Positions 1 to 16,550 of a DNA stretch of 64,000 nucleotides are shown here, piece by piece. This DNA is from the human T2T-CHM13v2.0 reference genome, Homo sapiens. The DNA lies in assembly GCF_009914755.1 (NCBI RefSeq), contig NC_060935.1. The stretch is one strand, 5' to 3'. The notes below the pieces were generated by a model. It searched no databases, was not told where the DNA came from, and saw only the letters and a list, made by a program, of their open reading frames with translations. Position 1 is the first letter of the stretch. Every line of letters begins with the position of its first letter. A program made the translations under genes and the position numbers.

Positions 1-610
1 AACCCCGAGACCCTAGCAGGCAGACACACAGGCAGCTGGACGTCGAGAGGAGCATGCCAGCGGAGGAACACACAAGTGGCTGGACGTCAAGAGGGACGCA
101 CCAACAGGCACCAGCGCACCAGCAGGCCACCTACCGGCAGAACGACTTGGAGTTTGGCCCAGGCAGTCGGAGGAGACCCCAACCCACCAAGCGGCCTGAC
201 GCCAAGGGAAAACCATCTCCCTTCTGGCTGCCCCATCTGCTGAGAGCTGCTTCCACTCAATAAACCTTGCACTCATTCTCCAAGCCCAGTGTGATCTGAT
301 TCTTCTGGTACATCAAAGTAGGAACCCGGGATACAGAAATCCCTCCGTCCTTGTGATAATGAAGGGAGTCTAACTGAGCCGACTAACACAAGCCACCTAT
401 AGACGGCAAAACTAAAAGAGCACCCTGTAAGAGATGCCTACTGGGGCTTCAGCTGTAAACATTTACCCCTAGACACTGCCGTGGGGTCAGAGCCCGCAGC
501 CTGCCAGTCTGTATGCTCCTCTAGAGGTTTGAGCACCGGGGCACTGAAGAAGCGAGCCACATGCCCAACTCACGCCCTGCGAGGGGGACAAGGAAACTTT
601 TCCCGTTTCA
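1..610 (+). mobile_element. ERV1 LTR, LTR1/LTR28/MER52 group (5' part outside window)
   Basis: Ends GGGGGACAAGGAAACTTTTCCCGTTTCA; AATAAA at 259-264; internal repeat GCTGGACGTC(G/A)AGAGG; no PBS follows, so solo or 3' LTR. Confidence 0.8.
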
Positions 611-899
611 AAATAAGGAGAAAAATGAGAGAAGAAAAAGGAAAATACAAACTCTATATTTGATCATAATATATGCTTAATAGATAATGACTAAAAGTAA
701 AACTTAGATATAAAGGTAGAATTTTCAACTGTAAATTACCTGGTTTAAATTTTTTTTTCTAAGTATATAAGAATATGTGAACTGATTAATGAAAGCAAAT
801 AAAGCCCAGGAATAGACAGGACCATGTATAAATATTTGGTTTATAAAATTGATATATTTGTAAGAAATCTTGTTTGGACAGTTATAAAGACAGAAAAAA

Positions 900-1655
900 T
901 TGATGATCACTTCACTTTATGCACAAAGGCCAGTTGCAGGTAGATTCTAGACATAAAGGAAGTGAAAAAGATCACCAGGGAGACAGCATAGGAGAGCATC
1001 TCTGTAAATTTTAAAAACGAAAAGCTATCTTAAACATATTTTAAAAGCTAGCCATTAAGAAAATTAAAACCTGATAATTTGGATGGCATTAAACATTTCT
1101 GTTTGTTAAGAGATATGATTACGAATCAAATAGACAAAGGAATGGAATAAGATACCTGCAACATATGGGACCACAAAAGATCCATCGAGAATATATAAAC
1201 TTCCACAAATTAACAAGAAAATACAGAAGAAGACTTGACCAGAGACATTTTTTTAAAAATGCATAACTTTTAATAATCTTACACTTAAAGCAAATTATCA
1301 AATTGCTCATAGACATATGGTACAGTGCTTAAATTCATTAGTAATGAAGGGAATTAGCACTAAAATCACAATGAATTTTCCCAACACAAACACCAGCATG
1401 GCAAAACTTTAATATTTGTTAATATCAAGTATTGGTAACAAAGTGAAACAATTGTATCTTTCTTTAAAACTAATTTTGTAATTACTTACTAAAACAACAT
1501 AAAAATAGCCAATGAAAATTTTGACAAATTTACTCCTAGCACTCAACAGAAAAGTCTGCACCAATGTTCAAGAGACTTGCACCAAAATCTCCAGAGAAAT
1601 GTTATTTATATTAGCTTTGTGATAGAAACATTCAGATGTCCATCAAAATTAGAAT
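900..1655 (+). mobile_element. Old L1M (L1ME/L1MC-like) ORF2-end/3'UTR remnant
   Basis: A-rich degenerate L1 3' motifs (AAAATCACAATGA, CAGATGTCCATCAA); boundaries approximate. Confidence 0.5.
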
Positions 1656-1661
1656 ACATTT

Positions 1662-1692
<31 letters not shown>

Positions 1693-1717
1693 TATATGTA
1701 ATTTTTTCTTCATTTTC

Positions 1718-2015
1718 GTTTTTTTAGAGGCAGAGTTTTGCTCTGTCACCCAGGATAGAATGCAGTGATATGATCATAGCCCAAGGCAGCCTCAAACTCC
1801 TGGGTTCAACTGATCTTCCCACTTCAGCCTCTCAGTAGCTGGGACTACCAGGTGCAGACCCCTGTGCCCAGCTAATCATTTTTCAGAATTTTTTTTGTGG
1901 GGAAGAAGTCTCACTATTTTGCTCAGGCTGGACTCAGACTCCTGGCCTCAAGCAGTCCTTCCACCTTGGCCTCTCAAAGTGCTGGGATTACAAGCATAAA
2001 CCACCTCATCCAGCT
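1718..2015 (-). mobile_element. AluJ
   Basis: Dimeric Alu on minus strand with J-type GATCATAGC..GCAGCCTCAAACTCCTGG and CTGGCCTCAAGCAGTCCTTCC; strongly CpG-decayed. Confidence 0.9.
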
Positions 2016-2299
2016 TACATAATATTTTTTAAATGTGGCATGTTCATATAATGGAATATCTCACAACAATACACATTTTTGCTACTTGGAAAAACACTGA
2101 CTTTTACTATCTACAATTAAAACAAAATTGGCATTGCTAAACATTACCACAAGCAAAAGCAAAGGCATACTAAAAATCAAAGTGAAATACTTGTAACATA
2201 TTCCAGGACAAAAATAAATAATGTTTCTCATTTGTAAAGAGTAGCTATTAATTAATTAGGGAGACGTCTAACAAAAGTTCAATGGAAAGATAGTGAAAA

Positions 2300-4420
2300 A
2301 CCATAGGCACTTTGAAAATAGGAAATAGAGGCATCATTAAACATAAAGAAAGACTCAGCTGTATTTATAAATAAAGGCAAACAAAAAGTAAATTCAGAAG
2401 TCTTTTTTTTCAAACTGGTATTAATTATATGGTGTTGAAAAGGCGTAAAGAAACAGGCTCTCACACATTGTTGGCAGGTGTGTAAATTAAGATAAATCTC
2501 TAATAAAATATCTGACAATATTTTTCAAAATTATAAATGCATGCAACATTTGACTAAGCAATTACATTTACAGAAAGTTACCTTAAAGACAAACTCATAT
2601 ATGTGTGGAAATGGGCACAGTAAAGTTGTTTAGTACAGCATTTCATGTATGACAAGCCTGGATACTATGTGGATGTTCATAAATGGGGTGCAGGGTGCAA
2701 GAATTAATCATGGTATGCCTATATTATAAAGCCATAAACAAAGATGAAGAAGATTTTTGTGTCCTAATATAGCAATCTCTGCAGGAAAAATATTAATAAA
2801 AGTTATGTACAGAATAGTATGTATATTAGCCCATCAATTTTATGAAAAGCTTCTGGAATATTGAAGGGCAAAGGCAAAAGGAAGACTTTATTTTTATTTC
2901 TTCTGAATTTTTCAAAATGTAATAGCATTTCTCATCTAAAATTTGGAAACTATAATTAATATTATAAATAATCCTATAGATAATAAAAAATTAATAGGTG
3001 ATCATTGTGAAAACTTTACATTTGGCGACTTTCTTGAAATGAACAAATTTTTTGAAAAATGCAACTTAACAAAAGTAACACAAAAAAACTAGAAAATTTG
3101 AATATTCCTACATCTCTCAATGAAATAAAATTCCCTAGGAAAAAACTTCCATGACTTCATTTGTAAATTCTATTGAACAAAATCAGGAATATGTAACACC
3201 ACTTATCCACAAAATATTTTAAGAATAGTAAAAAGGAAGGCAATTGTGATAAAATAGCTTGTATTGATTAATTCTTCTACCAAAAATAACCATGAAATCT
3301 AAACAAAATACATGAAACAACTGTCTGATGTCATTGAAAGGGAAATAATGCACATACGAGGAGTAGAGCTGCAATTCCTGAGAGAATGTACCAGGTGAAG
3401 TTTCACATTTACACTTTTCTTCCCTGAAGATATTTGCCTGTTGGAAGTTTGGGGGACTGAAGAACAAGAAGAAAGCAGCAGGATTACTAGCTGCAGAAGA
3501 CAGAACTTTAGGATGCCAAAAATCCTGGGGAACAGGAGATCACAGGGAAGTAAACCCACGACTCTGTACAATTTCCTCTTAATGTTTGGTTGACTGCATA
3601 GTTACGAATGCATAAGGCAAAACTCTAATAACCTAGCAGAAGATAGAAATTCTTTGGCTAAAGACATAAGCACACATTTAGCAGCTATAATTTGTGAGGA
3701 AAAGAGATTTGGGAGTTGAAATTCTTCCAAAGTGGAGTGGCTAGGTCACCACAATATACTTCCAGGTAAAACGATAGAAATTCAAGCCTCTGTAAAATGA
3801 TGTGGCTAGTTCATCCTTCTAGGTTTTTAGGTGAAATGGCAGAAATGCAAGACCGTATAAGGCGCAGAGGCTTAGACAACCATTCTATGCTTTCAGTAAG
3901 ATAACCATAGGATTAAGAACTAAACTCTAGGAACAAAGGAAAAAATTAAACAGATCAAAAATAACACAACTTAAAATAAATCTTTGCCAAGATCAATGTG
4001 GTCTCCTGATATTGTGTTAAGACATAAGAAAATATAACCCCTTTTAGAGTAAGAGAACATAATATAGCAACTCTAAATTTTTTATATAAAAATGTTACAG
4101 CGTAGTCTAAAAATGACAAAATGACCAAATAACCAAAATTGACAAAATGACCAAATAACCAAAATTGAAAAGGAAATAGCATACAATCAAAATAAGCTCA
4201 TTGATTATTTAAATATTAAACTTATCTTAGGTTATTAAAACTAATTATGATTAATAAATTAAGAAAATAGCAGAAAATGCTGGAGAAATTCACCACAGAC
4301 TGACAAAGTATATAGTTTTTAAATTAGGTGGAAATTCTAGAAGTAAAAAATATTATAACTCAAATAAATCAACAGATGATCTTAAGAGATGACTAGGCAT
4401 GATAGAACAAGAATTAATAA
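2300..4420 (+). mobile_element. Degenerate old L1M fragments (3'UTR, ORF2 and ORF1-like pieces)
   Basis: L1-like motifs such as CTCTCACACATTGTTGGCAG, GAAATGAACAAATTTTTTGAAAAATGCAACTTA and GGAAATTCTAGAAGTAAAAAATA; mosaic, boundaries uncertain. Confidence 0.45.
4114..4165. repeat. 26-bp perfect tandem duplication
   Basis: TGACAAAATGACCAAATAACCAAAAT x2. Confidence 0.9.
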
Positions 4421-4559
4421 ACCCCATGGACTTCAGTTAGCATAAATATAAATGATAGGAAATAATCCTGGATAAGTGGGTTAAAACCAGGGCATGGATC
4501 TTTGCTGTGATTTAGAAAGTCAAATTCAGCAGAAGATAGTAGTAATAAAATCAATTAAT

Positions 4560-5600
4560 ACTAAATGCAAATAAACAATATTACAAAATAACCAAAGAGA
4601 ATTGGTTGGAGACATCAAGATGAAGCATTGGAGATGATAATTCAATTGTGAATAAAATGTCAAGAAGTGAGACTACGGTAGCCCGGGAGTTCAAGTTTAA
4701 CTCGAGGGAATGACAGTAAAGAAATCAAATAGAAGTCTACCTTTGAATTAACCTGCAGAAAATAAAAGGGAGTAGAGCTACAAGGGTAGAAGAAAAAGTA
4801 TTTAGAGAAGATGAATTTGTAAGACAGAATAAAAAGCAGGGAGCTGGGTGATGTTAAAAAGAATGGAGTTTTCTCCAATATGAAAGATGGATCATTTCAT
4901 GATGCCAAAATTGAAAACGAAGATTTCAGAGTAAGAAACTGGTTAAGCATGAAATTTAATGAGCTCCGTTTTGGACAGTCTGAATTTAATGTGTCACTGA
5001 AACAACCAGTCACTGAAGAGTGCCATCTTCACCTTAAAGATTTCGTAGATATCTTTCTAAGGTGAAGGAAGCCAGAAGAGTAATTGAGATCTCTCAGGTA
5101 AAACATGGAACATGGGAAAATTTCAGGGTGATTTCTTTGAGCAATTCATAATTTTGAATTGGAAATAGTCAGTAAAATAGAGAGAAAAGGAGGGGCAGGA
5201 GTACAAGACAAGAATGTGATTAGCATTGTATCTTGGATCGTGGAAGAAGAGACAGATCAACATTCAAGAAAACAATGACAAAATCTGTACTCAGATCACA
5301 GAAAATAAGTAGTTGGGTTTAGGTACTATAAGAATATAGATAACTTTGAAGAGAGCCATTTTGCCATATTGCTGAAGGCAGGAGTCAGAATGCCAGAACT
5401 TAATGTAGTGTAAAAAATAAAAATAAATAAATAAAACATCAAGAAGGAAAGGAAATATAAGTAAACCATTATTTAAAGAATGTCAGTGGTAACAAGAAGT
5501 ACAGATATAGGACAATATTTGAAGTGGGCAAATGAAAATAAAAGGTCCTTTCTGATTAGATTAGAATTAAGGGTAGAGAGATGAAAGGTAACATATAATA
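4560..5600 (-). mobile_element. L2 LINE remnant
   Basis: Purine-rich strand with L2-like GAGCTCCGTTTTGGACAGTCTGAATTTAATGTGTCACTGAAACAACC; boundaries approximate. Confidence 0.55.
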
Positions 5601-6646
5601 TGGAAGAAAATATTTTAAAAAGAAGCAAAGTTGAAAATAGCAAAATGACTTAAACAGTATCAGATCACGAGTTTAGATATTCACACAACAGTGGGCATAT
5701 TTTGGCAGGGAGAAAAAAAGGAGAGGTAATGCCATTAAAAAGAATGTTTCTCCTGCCATGGATTCATATTATTATATACTTTCAATCAGCTCTATAAAAC
5801 TGGTGTTGATATTATCAAATAAGAGTGAAAGAGGCTAGCTAGGGACAAAAGGAGAGAGAAAATGCTCTGGAGCAGCATTGGTTAATTTAACAGAGAAGAA
5901 ATGAGGAATGAGCACAAGGATCGTTAAATCCCAGTGAAATCCTTTTGCCAGAGTAAAAGTTTTGTTATTTAGCACTAAAATGTAAGTGCTATGTTTTATA
6001 GTGCTAGACACATGAGTTCTACAATCCAGAACATGAAAAGCAGAGGTAAGCTTAACTCAAAAAGACCATTGTTCAAATCCAGGCTTACGATTTCTTTTCT
6101 TTCCCTAAAAGAGAATAAATGTGCAGGAAGATGCTTTTGCTCCCTGCCAATGTGAAATGTTGTGTAATATTCTCCATTTAAATGTACTATAAGTAAAATA
6201 TATGTAAAAATGTTTTTCTGTGCTACTGACAACTTATAAGGAGAGAGTACTAACAACTTAAAAGAACAGAGTCGTGTTTGGTAAATATTGAGAGAAGATG
6301 ATATATAAATAGCTACAAGGAGAGAAAGTCACAAAATGAAATGAAAAGATAAGAGTTTAGAAAGACATTTCAATAAAGCATTATTTTACAAAGAAGTAAT
6401 GAGGGGCTTATTCACTGTATGAGCTCTGGATTTCTAAAAATCTTTTTACCTGGTGAAGTATGAATTCTATAACTTTTGATACAAGTTCAACTTCAAATAC
6501 ACTTTTAAGGAATTATAACAGGTAATCACAATGATTGTGGGCATGCTAGAGTTGTGTTTGCTTTTTAATAGCATAATGTTTTAAGTAAAATGAAAAGTTA
6601 ATTTGAGGATTCAAATGTATACATCTTACTAAAAAGGCTTACTTAT

Positions 6647-7011
6647 TGCATTAGTCCATTTTCACACTGCTGGTAAAGAAATACCCAAGACTTGGCAATT
6701 TACAAAATAAAAAGAGTTATTGAAGAGTTCCACATGGCTGGGGAGGCCTCACAATCATGGTGGAAGGCAAGGAGGAGCAAGTCACATCCTACGTGGATGG
6801 CAGCAGGCAGAAAGAGAGCTTGTGTAGGAAAATTTACATTTTTGAAACCATCAGATCTCATGAGACTCATTCACTATCAAGAGAACAGTGCAGAAAAGAC
6901 CCGTCCCCATAATTCAGTTGTCTCCCACCGGGTTCCTGCCATGACACGTGGGAATTGTGTGAGTTACAATGCAAGATGAGATTTGGGTGCGGACACAGCC
7001 AAACCATATCA
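6647..7011 (-). mobile_element. THE1B-like MaLR solo LTR
   Basis: Reverse strand begins TGATATGGTTTGGCTGTGTCC and ends GGACTAATGCA; 5-bp TSD CTTAT/CATAT. Confidence 0.93.
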
Positions 7012-7192
7012 CATATGGAATGTAAAATTGTCATCATTTTGTGTGTTTTTGTCAGGAAAAAGATATAATGATAAAGTTTTTAGTTTTTGTTTTTTACAAT
7101 TAGTTTAGATAACACTGGCTGAAGTTCCTGCATGGATTTCCCACAGAGATACTTTTGAACAATGTATCAGGCAGGATAAGAACAATCAATTC

Positions 7193-10504
<3,312 letters not shown>

Positions 10505-11237
10505 AAGTACAATCAATTCTTAATGTATCTGCCTTCATACTGTTTGCAAACTGAGATAAACTTTCTCTAAAAGTCTGTAAATGAGTGTTCTTCACTGACG
10601 GTGAAATCTAAGACACCAACAGGTATTTAGTAATAAACCACACATGAATGAGTAATAAAGTGACTGGCCAGAAAGCAGGTGAGGCTAGCAGCTGCTGAAC
10701 TTATATTTGACTTTATGATTACAGATATACCTCAGACATATTGCACGTTCTGTTCCAGGCTATTGCAATAAAGTGAGCCACACAATGTTTTTGGTTCTCC
10801 ACTCAATATAAAAATTACATTTACACCATACTGTGGTTCATCATGTAATATCACGTGTAAAAATGACATATTTTAATTTACAACTACTTTATTGCTAAAT
10901 GCTAACAATCACGTAGTCTTCAGAAAGTTGTAATCCTTTTGCTGGTGGAGGATCCTGCCTCAATGTTGATGGCTGTTGACTATTAAGGTTGTGGTTGCTG
11001 AAGTTTGGGATGTCTGCGGCAATTTCTTAAAATAAGGCAACAGTGAAATTTGCCACACTGATTGACTGTTCCTTTCATGGGAGATTTCCATGTAACATGC
11101 ATTGCTATCTGATGGCATTTTACCCACAGTAGAACTTCTTTTAAAATTAGAGTAAATCCTCTGAAACCCAACCTCTGCTTTATCAACTGACTTTAGATAA
11201 TATTCTAAATCCTTTGTTGTCATTTCAACAGTGTTCA

Positions 11238-11288
11238 TATTTCAGACGTCTTGGAGGATTGAAAAAAGAAAAAAACAAAAAAAAACCA
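11238..11288 (+). other. Micro-retroposed insert: 24 unique nt + A-rich tail with 11-bp TSD
   Basis: AACAGTGTTCA (11227-11237) [TATTTCAGACGTCTTGGAGGATTG + A-tail] AACAATGTTCA (11289-11299). Confidence 0.75.
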
Positions 11289-11683
11289 AACAATGTTCAC
11301 AGCATCTTCACCAAAAGTAGATTCCATCTTAAGAAACCATTTTCTTTGCTCATCCATGAAAGCGCCTCCCTCATCTGTTCAAGTTTTATCAGAGATTTCA
11401 GCAATTCAGTCACACCTTCGTGCTCCCCTTCTAGTTCTTTTGATATTTCCACCACATCTGCAGTTGTTTCTCCACTGAAGTATTGAACACCTCAAAGTCA
11501 TTCATGAGGACTGTAATCAACTTCTTCCAAATTTCTTTTAATGTAAACATTTTTACCTCCTACCATGAATCACAAATGTTCTTAATGGCATCTAAAATGG
11601 TGAATCTTTTTCAGAAGACTTTTAATTCACTTTGCCCAGAACCATCAGAAGAATCGCTATCTGTGTCAGTTACTGCCTCAGAA

Positions 11684-11962
11684 TTTTTTTTTTTTTTTTA
11701 GATTTTGACTCTCTCTGTTGCCCAGGTTGGAGAGCAGTGGTGCGATCTTGGCTCACTGCAACCTCCGCCTCCTGGGTTTGGGCGATTCTACTGCCTCGAC
11801 CTGGCAGTAGAACCACCTCACCTGGCTAATTCTTTTATTTTTAGTAGAGTTGGGGTTTCACCATGTTGGCCAGGCTGATCTCGAATTCCTGACCTTAGGT
11901 GATCCGCCTGCCTTGGACTCCCAAAGGGCTGGGATTACAGGCATGAGCCACCGCGGCCTGCC
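11684..11962 (-). mobile_element. AluS inserted in Tigger1 (small internal deletion)
   Basis: Poly-T then Alu arms; lacks the CTGGGATTACAGG block near 11810; short CAGAA repeat on both sides. Confidence 0.9.
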
Positions 11963-14003
11963 CAGAAGTATTTCTTAGCTAATAAAACTTGAATGTCAAA
12001 ATTACTCCTTGAGCCATATGCTGCACAAAGAATGTTGTATTAGCAGGCATGAAAACAACATTAATCTCCTTGTATATCTCCATCAGAACCCTTGGATGAC
12101 TAGGAGCATTGTCAATGAGCACTAATATTTTGAAAGAAATCTTTTTTTTTTTTTTTACCTGAACAGTAGGTGTCAATAATGAACTTAAAATATTTAATAA
12201 GCCATGCTGTTAACAAGTGGTGCCATTCAGGCTTTCTTTCCATGTATAGAGCCTAGACAGAATAGATTCAGCATAATTCTTAAGAGTCTAGGATTTTCAG
12301 AATGTTAAATGAGCATTAGCTTCAATTTAAAGCCACCAACTGCATTAGCCCCAAATAAGAAAGTCAGTCTGTCCTTTAAAGCTTTGAAGCCAGGAATTGA
12401 CTTCTTTTCCCTAGCTATAGAAATGGTAGATGATATCTTCTTCCCATATATAAGGCTGTTTCATGTACATTGGAAATCTGTTCTTAGTGTAGCCATCTTC
12501 ATCAATTATTTTAGCCAAATTTTCTAAGTAACTTACCGTAGCATCTAATTCAATACTTGCTGCTTCACTTTGCACTTTTGTTTATAGAGATTATTACTTT
12601 TTTACACCTCAGGAACCAAACTCTGCTGGCTTCCACATTTTCTTCTACAGTTTTCTCACCTCTTTCAGCCTTAATAGAATTAAAGAAAGTTAGGGCCTTG
12701 CTCTGGAGTAGGCTTTGCTTGGGAGAATGTTGTGGCTGGTTTGATCTATCCAGATCAATACAGCTTCTTCTATACCGGCAATAAGGATGTTTCACACTTT
12801 CTTGTCATTCCTGTGTTCACTGGAGTAGTGCTTTTAATTTCCTTCAATAACCTTTTTCTTTGTTTCACAACTTGGCTTAGTGTTTGGCCCAAGAGGCCTA
12901 GTTTTTGGCCTATCTCTGCTTTCGGCATGACTTCATCACTAAGCTTAAGCATTTTTAGCTTTTGATTAAAAGTGAAAAATATGTGGCTCTTCCTCTTACT
13001 TGAACACTTATAGGCCATTGTAGGGTTACAAGTTGGCCTAACTTCTATATTCTTATGTCTCAGAGAATAAAGAGGCCCAAAGAAACAGAGAGAGATGGAG
13101 GAGCAGTCAGTTGGTGGAGCAATCAGAATACGTACATTTAGGAATTATGTTTGGTGCCTTATATAGGTATGGTTTGAGGAGTCCTAAAGAATTATAATAT
13201 TAGCATAAAAATTACTGTTAGCAGGTCACCATAGCAGATATAATAATAATAAAGAGTTTAAAATATTGTGAAAATTACTAAAATGTAACACAGAGACATG
13301 AAGGGAACACATGTTGTTGGAAAAATGGTGCCAATAGACTTGCTGGATGCAGATTTGTAAGAAAACTTCAATTTGTAAAAAATCACAGTATCTGTAAAGC
13401 TCAATAAAGTGAAGCAGAATAAACTGAGGTATGTCTATATGCAACTATTTCTTTATTTTCTAAATAGGAAAAAATCACAATAGCTGATAAATATAGTAGC
13501 TTAGAAAATACTAAAAATAAAAAGTAAGAACTTTTTGGTCACTTTATAATTATTTGGCTTGTAGACATTTTTTAAAATTTATTACATTTCAAGTCTAACT
13601 TTATGCAACTCATGCCTTATGATGTCTTATCCTAGAATAACTTTTTATCTTGACTGAAAACTTGACTACTCTCTTAATTTTAACTACTGCATTAATATCT
13701 AAGATCACAGGAGAGTTGTCCTTTATCTTTATTTAAATTTGTTAGACATGAATTTTTTCCTCAAAATGTTATCTCATATGTTTTAATACTAATGTGATTT
13801 TATTTCACAAAACATTCTTTCATGGCAATTGATCCCTGTAAATTGCTTTTGATATGACTAAATTAATGAAGCTACACTCAGGCTCACCAGCATATAATTG
13901 AAATTATAGTCTTATAGGATAACAATAATAGTAATTCAATTTTCTGTAGCTCAATCTAGTCATGTGAACAACTTCAGGAACTCAGATAAGGTCATATTTT
14001 CAT

Positions 14004-14076
14004 AATGTATGTCTCTGTGTATGCATGTGTATGTGCGTGTGCATGTGCGTGTGTGCGTGTGTGTGTGTGTGTGTGC
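14004..14076. repeat. (TG)n/(CG)-containing alternating purine-pyrimidine microsatellite
   Basis: GTGTATGTGCGTGTGCATGTGCGTGTGTGCGTGTGTGTG... Confidence 0.9.
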
Positions 14077-14339
14077 ATTTTCCTGGGTGCTTCTTGCAAA
14101 TACTCAGGAACCAGTATGCTAATGTTTTCATTTTACCACTTCCTTAAGGAAGATCACCACTTAAAAGGCATTTGGATTCATTCACATGGATGCCAGTAAC
14201 ATCCATGAATGTGGCTTCTTAACCTAAGGTTATTCTCCCTGTACTACTAAACCAAGAAAACAAAAGCAAAAATAGTTCAATATGTCATACCTTTGAGTAA
14301 CTATGGTCATTTTTAAATACATTGACATGTCTCAGCATG

Positions 14340-14935
14340 TCTAAGATAAATACAGCCAGATATTATTTGAAGAGGTGAAAACAGATTTTATTCAGTAACT
14401 TATGAGAGTTGTGAAAAGGGCTGAGTTCCATTTTGACTTGTGCACAGGTAATTTGAAGGTTTTATAGGGAAAATGAGGGAAGGGCAAGTGTGGGGTTTCA
14501 GTAGAGTTAGATAAGTGAAAAAGTACAAAAGGTTGGTCAGTATAAATGTGATGAGGTCAGCTGTGTCTTCTAGCTGTCTGTTATCTAAGTTAGGATTCTA
14601 TCATTTCACCAAGACTAGGAGACAGACGATAAGTCCTTCTTAATGATTACATTTTAAAGGAATGGCTCGCAGGTCTTTGAGAGAGATGCTCCTGAGTTGC
14701 CAGAGAACAGATTTATATTTGCAAACCCTTTGTAGAAAATGTTCAAAAAAGGTAGAACAGGGGCCTATTATCTGGTGTGTGTTGGTTAGAACAAATAGTT
14801 TTCCTGGCAGCACTAAAGGTTCTTGGCAGACACTTTAAAAGGGCCCAGGGTCATCCTGGAGACATGTCCTTATGCTGCTAGAAGTCATGCTAGAGTTTGG
14901 TCCAGTCTCTTAGTGTAGTGGTTTGCCAAGTGTTC
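14340..14935 (-). mobile_element. Old ERV1-class LTR-like element (MER89/MER90-like, family uncertain)
   Basis: TTTATT (reverse AATAAA) near 14386, TTTAAAAGGG and GATTACATTTTAAAGGAATGGCTC motifs recalled from old ERV1 LTRs. Confidence 0.4.
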
Positions 14936-14944
14936 TATACTTCT

Positions 14945-15300
14945 CACCCTAATTACCTACCATCTCTTGAATGTGAGCCTGATTAGTGGCACCATCTAAA
15001 GAACAGAATGCTGCATATTGGTGACATGTATTTTTTGAGGCTAGAATTGCTGCTTCCGTCTTGTTTTCTTGAATCAAATTGGACATAGATCTTCCAGGCT
15101 TAACCTTTGGATGACTTCAGTTCCCCAAAGTTTACGTCTTCTAGTTGAGACTCTAGACATGACAGAGCCAAAGTAAGCCATCCCCATGTGTCCACTGGAA
15201 ATTACTGACCCACAAACACCATAATGTAATAAATACTTACTGTTTTCTTAAGTCCCTAATTTTGGAATAATTTGTTATGCAATAATATGTAACTAATACA
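14945..15300 (+). mobile_element. Old MLT1 (F/G/H-like) MaLR LTR
   Basis: CTGACCCACA..AATAAA..TTTTGGAATAATTTGTTATGCAATAATATGTAACTAATACA terminus. Confidence 0.75.
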
Positions 15301-16349
15301 AAATGAATACAAATTTTTTAAAATGTTGAGGATCTATAATAAGCAAATGTCCCTTGTCTTCAGTTTCTAAAAGGAAGTAATTTTATTACAAATACTTTAA
15401 TGTTATTTTGCAATATTTTATATGCATCTTGCTCAAGCCTATGTACTGTAGATCACCAATGAAGTATCACACTCTACAAGCAATTTTGGGAAGAATATGT
15501 ATCTTTAGGAATAGGGATATGGAAGATTTATGTTTTAACTACTACATATAAATGTCTTAAAGCCTAGCTATTGAAAAATTATAGACCACAAATATGCAAA
15601 TATGCATCAGCACATGCTCTAGGGTTATACAAACAACCCACAAAATACTGAACAGATAATAATTTATCATTAAAAAGTTAAAAAGTCAGCAAATGGAACT
15701 CACAACCAAGTCATTATATCAGAAAAGATGCAATACTAAGTTTTCTTGATTAACATATAATTTCTGGCCATCTCCATGTAACATATGTGATTCATTGGGT
15801 TGTTGCATTTTAGCCTCAATATGTCCAATCATAAAATGTAATTCAGAAATATTAAATGTATTGGTTCCTGATAAATCACTTAGTAGATAATTAATTATAT
15901 CTACTCAGCTGCATACAAAAATGCAAGTCTATTCAATTCTGTATCATTGTCAATTTAGATTTGTTTTCTATAAATTCTTGCCCCTTTAAAATTGTGGGAC
16001 CTACCAATGAGGATTTTTAGAGCCCATGCGCACTGGAACTTGGAAATCTTGACTCCTTAGAAATTAGACCAGGTTGAGGTCCATCTAAGGAGGATACTCA
16101 TTATCTCCTCTTCAGCTATTTTCCTCCTTTCTCATTTTTATCATAAGCATGTACCTAGCATAAAATACGTCTTCCCTTTTTCCCTCAGTAAATGAATATT
16201 TTATGGAAAAGTCTCCCTAATTCATGAGTGCAGTCCTGTTCTTTGCTCAGCCTTGTTACTCCACTTCACCAACAACACTCCAAGAACAGAAATGAAGACA
16301 AAACCCTTAGTATTATACCACATGACACAATTGTTTCTAGCCTGACCAA

Positions 16350-16550
16350 AGTTGAGAATATAGAATTTGGGGACAGTTAGCCTATATTCCATCTTGCCTC
16401 CACCATCTATGTGAACTTGGACAATTTAAATGCTTTTTGTTTAAGTTTTCTTACACATAAAATAAAAATTACAATTTGATTTTTTTTTGAAGATTGAATG
16501 GGTCATTTAGTCAATAGAGAACACTGCCTAGCACATATCAAGCTATTATT
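16350..16550 (+). mobile_element. MIR SINE
   Basis: Core-like TATGTGAACTTGGACAATTT..AAGTTTTCTTACACATAAAAT and ACTGCCTAGCACATA. Confidence 0.6.

Larger units (their letters stand above)
11000..13018 (-). pseudogene. Tigger1 transposase remnant (CENP-B-like HTH + DDE), frameshifted and Alu-interrupted
   Basis: ORF 12770-13018 [23 protein letters not shown]; ORF 11979-12176 [12 protein letters not shown]; ORF 10960-11238 VEMTTKDLEYY. Confidence 0.88.
10722..13437 (-). mobile_element. Full-length Tigger1 (pogo family) DNA transposon
   Basis: TIRs CAGATATACCTC ... GAGGTATGTCTA; TA TSD both sides; transposase fragments on minus strand. Confidence 0.95.

Noticed and set aside
10960-13018. Possible domesticated TIGD1-like transposase gene
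   Set aside because: Multiple frameshifts and stops plus Alu and micro-insertions; ordinary decayed Tigger1
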